In this document: piece after piece, positions 1 to 7,484 of the stretch
Position numbering within the stretch: the first letter of the stretch is position 1
Layout of the letters: the number at the start of each line of letters is the position of its first letter
From: Candidatus Levyibacteriota bacterium
GTDB lineage: Bacteria > Patescibacteriota > Microgenomatia > Levybacterales > UBA12049
Direction of reading: 5' to 3'
Assembly (NCBI GenBank): GCA_018061205.1
Contig: JAGOUP010000001.1
Location: 1 to 46,616 of the forward strand
Length of the DNA stretch: 46,616 nucleotides
Made by a program: the position numbers and the translations under genes
The notes under the pieces: model-generated
Seen by the model: the letters and a program-made list of their open reading frames with translations, nothing else
Databases searched by the model: none
Told to the model about the DNA's origin: nothing

Positions 1-11
1 GTAGTTAAGGT

Positions 12-78
12 TGTCATCCTGAACTCGTTTCAGGATCTTTTTGTATGGACGAGATTCCGAAATAAATTCGGAATGACA
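12..78 (+). repeat. double-hairpin mini-element, copy 1 (tgtcatcctgaa..ttcaggatc / attccgaaataaattcggaatgaca)
   Basis: Hairpin 1 atcctgaa-N5-ttcaggat, hairpin 2 attccgaa-ataaa-ttcggaat, terminal inverted tgtcat/atgaca. Ends 5 nt before the first CDS. Confidence 0.8.
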
Positions 79-83
79 AAAAA

Positions 84-656
84 ATGAGTATCTACACTCG
101 TACCGGGGATAAAGGAAAAACAGGATTATTCAATGGCAAACGAGTTTTAAAATCACACAAGAGAGTAGACACATACGGAACGATCGATGAGTTGAATAGT
201 ACGATTGGGGTAGTTGTTGCACAAATCACAAATCACAAATCACAAATCACAAAAAAAGATATTGGAGCCTGGAATTTGGTACTTGGAATTTTGGTAGAGA
301 TTCAAAATGATTTATTAGACATTGGGTCAGCATTGGCATTTCCCTCCTCACCACCAGTGTATGGCTTGAAGAATCGAGCAGAGGAATTTGAAACAGTGAT
401 TGATGAGATGACAGAGAAAATGCCGACGCTTCAAAATTTTATCTTACCTGGTGGGGGAGTAGTAGGCGCTACTCTTCATCTGGCTAGAGTAGCGGCTCGA
501 AAAGCAGAGCGAAAAATAGTCGATTTGATGCAAAAAGAAGAAATAGATGAGCAAATCGTAAAATATATCAATCGTTTATCAGATCTTTTTTTCACCATGG
601 CCAGGTACACAAACATGGTGGAAAAACAAAAAGAAACCATTTGGAGAAAAAAATAA
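84..656 (+). CDS. ATP:cob(I)alamin adenosyltransferase, PduO/MMAB type
   Basis: 190 aa. N-terminal IYTRTGDKGKTGL...RVDTYGTIDELNS block is typical of PduO-type adenosyltransferases. Contains an in-frame segment (ITNHKSQITKK) encoded by a 7-bp tandem repeat. Confidence 0.8.
   Translation: MSIYTRTGDKGKTGLFNGKRVLKSHKRVDTYGTIDELNSTIGVVVAQITNHKSQITKKDIGAWNLVLGILVEIQNDLLDIGSALAFPSSPPVYGLKNRAEEFETVIDEMTEKMPTLQNFILPGGGVVGATLHLARVAARKAERKIVDLMQKEEIDEQIVKYINRLSDLFFTMARYTNMVEKQKETIWRKK
220..253 (+). repeat. 7-bp tandem repeat (cacaaat) x4.8 inside the pduO-like CDS
   Basis: Direct reading of the sequence. The ORF remains open through it. Confidence 0.9.
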
Positions 657-796
657 TATGCAAACGATAGAAACATGATAAAAAGGTAACCTATTCGTGT
701 GTAAAAACTGTAATGAAGAATCTCATGTATGAGTGGGGAATTAGTTGTTGGTGGGAAGCGTAACTCTTTGAAAAATTGCCTCTTGTTTGTCTTTTC

Positions 797-811
797 TGAT
801 ATCATATATGT
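797..811 (+). promoter_or_regulatory. extended -10 box tgatatcat, 6 nt before ATG 812
   Basis: TGnTAnnnT pattern, N6, then ATG. No SD sequence. Confidence 0.5.
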
Positions 812-1324
812 ATGGATGACCCAACGAAAAATCAACAGGTGTCCTCTTCTGCTCCGGTGTCATCATCACCTCCAGCAGTAGATGATACTGTCCAGGAAGG
901 CCAGGTAATAGAGCAGCCTATTTCACCACCAATCACACATCCCATTCCAACTCCTGAGTCAGTCGGAGGGATGAACAAGGAAATGGGTCCTATGGGGAGT
1001 GTAGAAGCGCCTTTGTCAGAGGTATTGCAACCGAGTGAACAAGCGCCTGTTTTGGAACAGGAAGTAGAAAAGGCAGGAGTAGAAGTCTCAAAAAATCCGG
1101 ATGTTCCTGATTTGACTATGCATGATCGAAATGCAGGTATTTCTCATGCTCCTGTTATTGCTCCAATTCCAACAGAGCCGAGTGGGGTTGTGGATATACA
1201 AATTACCAAAGAACAGGCTTTGGAGCAGGTAAAAGCCAACAAAAATCCCAAAAATTCAAAATCATGGTTAGTTATTGAGTTTTTAAAAATGGCACAAAGA
1301 AAACTGATGGGAGGGCATGATTGA
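812..1324 (+). CDS. hypothetical Pro/Ser/Glu-rich low-complexity protein
   Basis: 170-aa ORF, compositionally biased, no recognisable domain. Its stop overlaps the next ATG (TGATG), suggesting translational coupling with the ATPase. Confidence 0.5.
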   Translation: MDDPTKNQQVSSSAPVSSSPPAVDDTVQEGQVIEQPISPPITHPIPTPESVGGMNKEMGPMGSVEAPLSEVLQPSEQAPVLEQEVEKAGVEVSKNPDVPDLTMHDRNAGISHAPVIAPIPTEPSGVVDIQITKEQALEQVKANKNPKNSKSWLVIEFLKMAQRKLMGGHD

Positions 1325-3678
1325 TGGATGTAACAGCACTGATTAGTATGCTTTTTGGGTCTTTTTTTGGCATTATTGCTCTCATTGGGCTTTTTTGGGG
1401 AGGAGGGTATATCTTTTTGTTGTGGTATCGAAATCGCCATAGGGAACATGATGCGCTCCATTCTGTCATGCTTCAAATCACTATTCCTCGTGAAAATGAA
1501 ATCAAAATTGATGCTGCAGAACAGCTCTTTGCATCATTTGCCTCACTCGCCAAACATAGTACCTTTCATTTTTTACACAATCAACCACATATGTCTTTTG
1601 AGATAGTTGGTATGCCAGGAGAAATTCATTTTTATGCCAATGTGCCGAAGAAATTACAAGACTTAGTGGAAAAACAAATCAATGGTGCGTATCCTGATGC
1701 GGATATCCAAGTAGTTACCCCTAAATCTGTACAGCACAAAGAATATGTATTAGGTGATGAGTACAATATCTTTTCAGAAACTGGCCATGTCGCCTTTGCC
1801 TCTATGAAACTTAGTGGGCCAGATTATGCACCGATCAAAATGTATAAAGATTTAGCGGTTGATCCATTGTCATCGATTACCTCGGTTCTAGCAAAAATGA
1901 CTGAAGGCGAAGGAGCAGCTATTCAGGTTATGGTATCCCCAGCAGGGGATCACTGGAAACATAAAGGAAAAGAATATTTATCCAAAACGAAAAAAACAGA
2001 AGCAAATCCTGAAACAGCACATTACAACTCTGATGCAAAAGAATTGGAAGCAATTGAAAGCAAACTTTCAAAGCCAGGATTCAATGTCGTTGTTCGTATT
2101 GTCGTTTCATCAAGCACTCATGAAGCAGCTGAAGCACATTTGAATAACATCGAAACGGCATTCTCCCAATTTTCAGGTATCAACTCATTTACGCATAACA
2201 AACATTTTTTCAAAAGTCTTTTTATGACTGATTTTATTTATCGCTATATGCCCATGAGAGGGCAGACATCAGTGCTTTCTAGCGAAGAATTAGCAACTAT
2301 TTTTCATCTTCCCAACAAAAGTATTACAACGCCAAATATTGTGTGGATGACGAGTAAAAGAGCACCTGCTCCTGCACAAATTCCGACGTCTGGCCTCTAT
2401 CTCGGTAAGAGTACCTATCGTGGTTTTTCAAAACCAGTATTTATGAATCTGACAGACAGAAGAAGACACATGTATATTATCGGCAAAACAGGTACAGGAA
2501 AATCCGAATTTTTGAAAGATATGATTATGCAGGATATTAATGAAGGAAAAGGTGTTGCAGTTATTGATCCTCATGGAGATTTGGTAGAAGATATTTTACC
2601 GATGATTCCAACACAGCGTGCAGAAGATGTGATTTTGTTTGATCCCTCAGATGTTGCCAGGCCTTTGGGTATCAATATGATTGAAGCCCAGACAGAGGAT
2701 CAAAAACATTTGATTACGACATCAGTTATCGGACTTATGTACAAGCTTTTTGATCCGAATAAAACAGGTATTATCGGTCCTCGTTTTGAACATGCTGTTA
2801 GAAATGCTATTTTGACAGTTATGGCAGAACCGGGGAGTACGTTTATCGAAGTCATGCGGGTTTTGACTGATCAGAATTTTGTACAGGAGATATTACCAAA
2901 AGTGCAAGATCCGATTATTAGACGTTATTGGACAGATCAAATTGCACAAACATCAGATTTCCACAAATCTGAAGTCCTTGATTACATCACATCCAAATTT
3001 GGTCGATTTGTGACCAATAAAATGATTCGAAATATTATTGGTCAGTCTGAAAGTGCCTTTTCATTCAGACAAGTTATGGATGAAGAAAAAATCTTGTTAG
3101 TAAATTTAGCTAAAGGAAAAATAGGAGAGGAAAATTCATCCTTTTTAGGTCTTATTTTGATTCCAAAATTGCTTGTTGCTGCGATGAGTCGACAGGACAT
3201 GCCCAAAGATCAACGAAAAGATTTCTTCCTTTATGTTGACGAGTTCCAAAATTTTGCTACTCCTGATTTTGCTCAGATTTTATCCGAAGCCCGAAAATAT
3301 AAATTGAATTTAGTTGTTGCCAATCAGTTTATCGGACAAATGGAAGAAGAAATCAAAAATGCTATTTTTGGAAACGTTGGTACGATCTGTTCATTCCGAG
3401 TGGGTGTGACTGATGCCAATTATCTCCAACACGAATTCCAACCAACATTCACTGAAGTTGATTTGATCAACATAGATAAATATAACAATTACATCAAAAC
3501 TATCGTGAATGAAGAACCTGTTCCTCCATTTTCACTTGATTTAACTCGTGATATGAGCAAAGAAGCAGAAAAAATAAATCCTCGAGTAGCAGAGCTGGTT
3601 CGTGAACTCTCACGTCTCAAATACGGTCGAGACGTCGCAGTAGTCGACGCCGAAATAACCCAACGCGCTCGGTTATAA
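1324..3678 (+). CDS. membrane-anchored P-loop ATPase of the VirD4/TraG/TraD (coupling protein, FtsK/HerA-like) type
   Basis: About 784 aa. Hydrophobic N-terminus (LFGSFFGIIALIGLFWGGGYIFLLW), Walker A GKTGTGKSEF, Walker B-like FFLYVDEFQNF. The ORF-track start at TTG 1321 was moved to ATG 1324. Confidence 0.7.
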   Translation: MDVTALISMLFGSFFGIIALIGLFWGGGYIFLLWYRNRHREHDALHSVMLQITIPRENEIKIDAAEQLFASFASLAKHSTFHFLHNQPHMSFEIVGMPGEIHFYANVPKKLQDLVEKQINGAYPDADIQVVTPKSVQHKEYVLGDEYNIFSETGHVAFASMKLSGPDYAPIKMYKDLAVDPLSSITSVLAKMTEGEGAAIQVMVSPAGDHWKHKGKEYLSKTKKTEANPETAHYNSDAKELEAIESKLSKPGFNVVVRIVVSSSTHEAAEAHLNNIETAFSQFSGINSFTHNKHFFKSLFMTDFIYRYMPMRGQTSVLSSEELATIFHLPNKSITTPNIVWMTSKRAPAPAQIPTSGLYLGKSTYRGFSKPVFMNLTDRRRHMYIIGKTGTGKSEFLKDMIMQDINEGKGVAVIDPHGDLVEDILPMIPTQRAEDVILFDPSDVARPLGINMIEAQTEDQKHLITTSVIGLMYKLFDPNKTGIIGPRFEHAVRNAILTVMAEPGSTFIEVMRVLTDQNFVQEILPKVQDPIIRRYWTDQIAQTSDFHKSEVLDYITSKFGRFVTNKMIRNIIGQSESAFSFRQVMDEEKILLVNLAKGKIGEENSSFLGLILIPKLLVAAMSRQDMPKDQRKDFFLYVDEFQNFATPDFAQILSEARKYKLNLVVANQFIGQMEEEIKNAIFGNVGTICSFRVGVTDANYLQHEFQPTFTEVDLINIDKYNNYIKTIVNEEPVPPFSLDLTRDMSKEAEKINPRVAELVRELSRLKYGRDVAVVDAEITQRARL

Positions 3679-3684
3679 TCTTTT

Positions 3685-3729
3685 CTATTTGTCCTATTAG
3701 TCATATTGGTCTTATTCGTCTTATCTCTT
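3685..3729 (+). repeat. 9-bp tandem array x5 (consensus YTATTNGTC)
   Basis: ctatttgtc ctattagtc atattggtc ttattcgtc ttatctctt, between the ATPase stop and tRNA-Ile. Confidence 0.8.
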
Positions 3730-3771
3730 TTAGTGGTAAATCCCAGGCTAATTTGTTATCATAGGAGGCAT

Positions 3772-3843
3772 GCGTCTGTAGCTCAGTGGTAGAGCGCTAC
3801 TCTTATAAAGTAGATGTCCTTGGTCCGAACCCAAGCAGACGCA
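3772..3843 (+). tRNA. tRNA-Ile, anticodon UAU
   Basis: Hand-folded cloverleaf: acceptor gcgtctg/cagacgc, D arm gctc-agtggta-gagc, anticodon arm ctact-cTTATAa-agtag (34-36 = TAT), T arm cttgg-tccgaac-ccaag, discriminator A. CCA is not encoded. Confidence 0.8.
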
Positions 3844-3845
3844 CT

Positions 3846-4838
3846 TTAATATCCTCTTTTTTTATCCACCAAATTCGGCAATTGTTTTTTATCCAGGTAG
3901 GCTTTCAGGTTTTCACAAAAAATATCGATGACACGGTTCATATATTCAGGTGTTGATCCAGAGGAGTGAGGGGTGATCAGGACGTTTTTCATATTCCACA
4001 AAGGACTCTTTTGAGATAGTGGTTCCTCTTCAAAAACATCCAATCCTGCTCCTGCAATCATTCCTATTTCCAAAGCTGCAATCAAATCTTTTTCTTCAGC
4101 TACTGGCCCGCGGCCAATGTTGATAAAATACGCAGTTTTTTTCATGTGTTGAAATTTCTGCATGTCAAAAAAGTGATGGGTGGCAGGAGTGAGGGGCATT
4201 GCATTGACGACAAAATCTGAACGTTTTAACATGATAGCTATATCTTTTTCCATAATCAGTTCATCAACATCATGATATTTTTTACTCGTATCTCGTACCA
4301 TAGCGATCACGTGCATTCCCAGTGCCTTTGCCAACTTTGCAATATGACTGCCAATTCTGCCCACTCCCGTAATACCGATTGTTTTTCCATACAGTTCTTG
4401 GATGGGATATTTCTGGTATGCATAGTCCCAGGTTTTTTTCTCTATTTGTGTTCTATGCAGTGTGTGAAACTGATGAGAGAACGTGAGCATAAAGGTCATG
4501 ACATGTTCAGCTATCGGAATAGGGTGGACACCTGAGGCATTGGTGATGATGATGTCATTGTTTATCAATTCTGAAGGCAATCCATTCACCCCAGCTGATG
4601 TTACTTGCATCCATTTCAGATTTTTTGCATAGGGTAGGGGAATAAGATTGATATTTGGTGTGATGACCATATCTACAGACTCCATTATTGTTTGAAGATT
4701 TTCAGTATCGTTGACTATTTGTATTTCGGATCCAGGGAGAACAGTTTTTATTTGTTCAAGATGCCTGTCTGTCACATCCATAATCGGCTTGAATTGAGGA
4801 TTCGTACTTTGAATAATAAGTATCTTCATATCAAACAA
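3846..4838 (-). CDS. D-isomer-specific 2-hydroxyacid dehydrogenase (NAD-binding; glyoxylate/hydroxypyruvate reductase or PGDH-like)
   Basis: 330 aa. Rossmann motif GITGVGRIGSHIAKLAKALG and C-terminal GRGPV...GLDVFEEEP...ITPHSSG blocks typical of the family. Confidence 0.8.
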   Translation of the reverse strand: MFDMKILIIQSTNPQFKPIMDVTDRHLEQIKTVLPGSEIQIVNDTENLQTIMESVDMVITPNINLIPLPYAKNLKWMQVTSAGVNGLPSELINNDIIITNASGVHPIPIAEHVMTFMLTFSHQFHTLHRTQIEKKTWDYAYQKYPIQELYGKTIGITGVGRIGSHIAKLAKALGMHVIAMVRDTSKKYHDVDELIMEKDIAIMLKRSDFVVNAMPLTPATHHFFDMQKFQHMKKTAYFINIGRGPVAEEKDLIAALEIGMIAGAGLDVFEEEPLSQKSPLWNMKNVLITPHSSGSTPEYMNRVIDIFCENLKAYLDKKQLPNLVDKKRGY

Positions 4839-4865
4839 TTATATCACCCTTAAGTATTCTTGTTC

Positions 4866-5018
4866 GTGGTTCCCGCCATTAGGAGCACGCGTGAAGAAAA
4901 TGCAACGACTGAGCGTTAAGAAAATGGAACATTTTTAGTGAAGAAGGAAGTATTTTTAGCGCGCGCACGCTGGCGAATGCTTTTGGTACTTTTACGCTAA
5001 AAGTACAAGAAAGAAAAA
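4866..5018 (+). repeat. composite repeat family C, copy 1 (short form)
   Basis: gtggttcccgccattaggagcacgcgt ... gcgcacgctggcgaatg..ttttggtacttttacgctaaaagtacaagaaagaaaa. Shares both ends with the copies at 9558 and 21449. Confidence 0.8.
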
Positions 5019-5029
5019 ATCTTTTACTC

Positions 5030-5063
5030 TTGACCCTTACTCTCTCTCATGATAAAGTAAGCT
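5030..5063 (+). promoter_or_regulatory. guaB promoter: ttgacc, N17, (tga)taaagt, N5, ATG
   Basis: Near-consensus -35, 17-nt spacer and TG-extended -10. The ATG is 5 nt downstream. Confidence 0.6.
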
Positions 5064-6287
5064 ATGGAAGACGTAGAGCACCACTTTCCCCAAGGCTTGA
5101 CGTTTGATGACGTCTTACTCACTCCTGGATATACAGATTTCTCACGCTCTGATATCTCTCTTTCTACAAAATTCACAAAAACCATTACACTTGATATCCC
5201 GTTTGTCTCATCGCCTATGGATACCGTGACAGAAAGTACTCTAGCGATTGCATTGGCAAAAATGGGTGGTATTGGGATTATTCATCGAAATTTATCTGTT
5301 GAAAGCCAAGCAGATGAAGTAGCAACAGTCAAAAAAGCAAACCTTCTTGTTGGTGCTGCTATTGGTGTATCAGCAGGTTTTGAGGAGAGAGCAGAGGCAT
5401 TGATGGCCGCAAAAGTTGATGTTTTGGTTATGGACTCAGCACATGGATATACAAAAACCATGATTGATGCAATCAAGCATGTAAAAAACAAATATGCATC
5501 ATTACAAATCATTGCTGGAAATATTGCGACATTTGATGGTGCTAAAGGACTAATTGAAGCGGGTGCCGATGCTTTACGTGTTGGCATGGGACCAGGTGCT
5601 ATTTGTACGACTCGTATAGTATCCGGTATGGGTGTTCCACAAGTAACTGCTATTTTAGAAACCCATAGAGCAGCAAAAAAATACGGAGTTCCTGTTATTG
5701 CTGATGGGGGACTCAAATATTCAGGTGACATGGTGAAAGCATTAGCAGCTGGTGCGTCAGCTGTTATGATGGGATCATTTTTTGCATCAACATTTGAAGC
5801 ACCAGGGCGAATTGTTACCCTAAAGCGAGAATTTGTCCCAAAGCGATTTTTGAGTGTTTTTGGTGGTGAAGAAAAAAAACTCCTCGAATCAAAAGAACAC
5901 CAAACAGAAAAAGATATTGAGCAAGTCGAAGAATCGATAGAAGGAGAAATCTATCAGTTTAAAGAATATAGAGGTATGGGTTCAGAAGGAGCGATGAAAA
6001 AAGGAGCCGATGTAAAATCAGAAGACGAATATCATGGAAAAAGCTATAAAGACAAAGTATTAGTAGCAGAAGGAGTGGAAGGATTTGTGCCGATCAAAGG
6101 AAGTGTCCAAGATGTGTTGGAACAGGCGATTGGTGGCATCAAATCAGGTATGTTTTATGTGGGTGCCAAAACTCTAGAAGAATTACAAGCAAAAGCAAAA
6201 TTTATCCAACTCACGCAAGCATCACTTACAGAAAGTCATCCTCACGATGTGCTGGTAACCAATCCAGGAAAAAGTTATAGTGGCTAA
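5064..6287 (+). CDS. guaB: IMP dehydrogenase lacking the CBS/Bateman subdomain
   Basis: 407 aa. [17 protein letters not shown], catalytic loop [22 protein letters not shown] and YRGMGS blocks. The sequence goes directly from VKK to LLVGAAIG where the CBS pair normally sits. Confidence 0.9.
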   Translation: MEDVEHHFPQGLTFDDVLLTPGYTDFSRSDISLSTKFTKTITLDIPFVSSPMDTVTESTLAIALAKMGGIGIIHRNLSVESQADEVATVKKANLLVGAAIGVSAGFEERAEALMAAKVDVLVMDSAHGYTKTMIDAIKHVKNKYASLQIIAGNIATFDGAKGLIEAGADALRVGMGPGAICTTRIVSGMGVPQVTAILETHRAAKKYGVPVIADGGLKYSGDMVKALAAGASAVMMGSFFASTFEAPGRIVTLKREFVPKRFLSVFGGEEKKLLESKEHQTEKDIEQVEESIEGEIYQFKEYRGMGSEGAMKKGADVKSEDEYHGKSYKDKVLVAEGVEGFVPIKGSVQDVLEQAIGGIKSGMFYVGAKTLEELQAKAKFIQLTQASLTESHPHDVLVTNPGKSYSG

Positions 6288-6296
6288 TTTTTTTAT

Positions 6297-6395
6297 TGTC
6301 ATCCTGAACTTGCTCCGCCTCGAAGTGGCCAGTCCCCTTGGGGGATTTCAGGATCTTTTTTACATTTAGATTCTTCGGTAAACCTCAGAATGACA
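6297..6395 (+). repeat. double-hairpin mini-element, copy 2, with a GC-rich expansion in hairpin 1
   Basis: tgtcatcctgaa...[ctccgcctcgaagtggccagtccccttggggg]...ttcaggatc ... cagaatgaca. Sits between the convergent guaB and add stops, so it may also act as a terminator. Confidence 0.7.
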
Positions 6396-6403
6396 AGTAT
6401 GAG

Positions 6404-7423
6404 CTACAAATAAGGCGTAAGTCCTGAAGATTTTATAAAACTACTTTCAAATGCAATTTTATTGCATGTTTCTAGTTGCTCTTCGGAGAGTATTGTTTGT
6501 TCTTTCAAGAATCGGAATTGTTTCCATAAATGTGCATCTTTGATTGTTTCTGGCCAGTCGGTATTGATTGTAAATAATACGTTGTGTTCTTTAAATTTTT
6601 GAAAAATAAATTTGAGCTCTTCAATATTTTCTACTGCTTTCGTTGCCAGATTGGAAAGTGGACAAATCTCAAGAACTATCTTTTTTTCACTGAGTACTTG
6701 CATGAGCTTTTCGTCTTTTGCAGCCAGAACTCCGTGACCGATTCTACTCGGATTGCCAAATTCGATAGCTTCCCACATATCATTTGCCGCTGTTACTTCG
6801 CCACTATGAATGGTGATTTCGAGTCCTTCTTTTCGCGCTTTATCAAACAGATCTTTATAGTCTTTGAGATGAAAATCAGGATTCGCAGGTCCTGCAACAT
6901 CGATTGCGATCACGCCTCGATTTTTATATTTGATCGCTTTTTCAACCAGGATTGCATTTTGTTCATAGGAAAATTCTCTGGCCATACAAAAGATGATACC
7001 GGCTGATAAATTTTCATATTCCAAAAGCGCTCGCTCCATACCATGAAGCATAGCCATAATGATATGATCCAAATCTAGTTCTGCATTATTATTGTGTTTC
7101 ATAGGATTCGTACGGAGCTCCATCAGGGTAATGCCATTTCTATAGCCCCCAGAAAAAATTTCATAGACTGCTTTTTCCAATGCATACGTTCCGGAGCTGA
7201 GTTTGTTTAAGAGGGGATGATAAATCTCATGAAGGTAGTCATCAAGGGACATTTTTCGATCCTCAGAGAGGGTTATATATTCAATAAATTCCTTATATTC
7301 TCGTTTTGGGAGTTTGAATCCTTGTGCATGGGCTATTTGCCAATAGACTGATGGATTGATTGCCGTAGATAAATGCGCATGGAGTTCTGCGAGAGGGAAT
7401 AGTGGATATTTGAGTGAGCGCAT
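6404..7423 (-). CDS. add: adenosine deaminase family protein
   Basis: 339 aa. N-terminal metal-binding ELHAHL, ITIHSGE and FTINTDWP blocks are consistent with the adenosine/AMP deaminase amidohydrolase fold. Confidence 0.75.
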   Translation of the reverse strand: MRSLKYPLFPLAELHAHLSTAINPSVYWQIAHAQGFKLPKREYKEFIEYITLSEDRKMSLDDYLHEIYHPLLNKLSSGTYALEKAVYEIFSGGYRNGITLMELRTNPMKHNNNAELDLDHIIMAMLHGMERALLEYENLSAGIIFCMAREFSYEQNAILVEKAIKYKNRGVIAIDVAGPANPDFHLKDYKDLFDKARKEGLEITIHSGEVTAANDMWEAIEFGNPSRIGHGVLAAKDEKLMQVLSEKKIVLEICPLSNLATKAVENIEELKFIFQKFKEHNVLFTINTDWPETIKDAHLWKQFRFLKEQTILSEEQLETCNKIAFESSFIKSSGLTPYL

Positions 7424-7449
7424 GAGAGTAGTCTACCAAACTTTTACTC

Positions 7450-7484
7450 TTGCTGCAATAAAAGAGCATATGTTACAATAGCTC
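7450..7484 (+). promoter_or_regulatory. guaA promoter: ttgctg, N18, (tgt)tacaat, N5, ATG
   Basis: Extended -10 tgttacaat. Shares the upstream 12-mer cttttactcttg with the guaB promoter. Confidence 0.6.

Noticed and set aside
476-835. 119-aa minus-strand ORF overlapping the 3' end of the PduO-type gene
   Set aside because: Antisense shadow ORF in AT-rich DNA with no recognisable motifs. It overlaps a well-supported CDS and a probable promoter.
3685-3729. 9-mer arrays as DnaA boxes or oriC
   Set aside because: Only the TTAT prefix resembles the DnaA box TTATNCACA and the 3' half never matches. No dnaA or dnaN gene is nearby, and directly abutting units are not the usual DnaA-box arrangement.
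4866-5018. Family C repeat as a purine-responsive riboswitch or leader
   Set aside because: Copy 3 is in the opposite orientation relative to its flanking genes. I could not recognise purine, ZTP or PRPP riboswitch core motifs. The variable middle module argues for a repeat rather than a conserved aptamer. It is kept as a finding only as a repeat or possible RNA.
5282-5731. 149-aa minus-strand ORF inside guaB
   Set aside because: Antisense to a highly conserved gene. Its Ala/Pro-rich composition is typical of reverse-frame translation.
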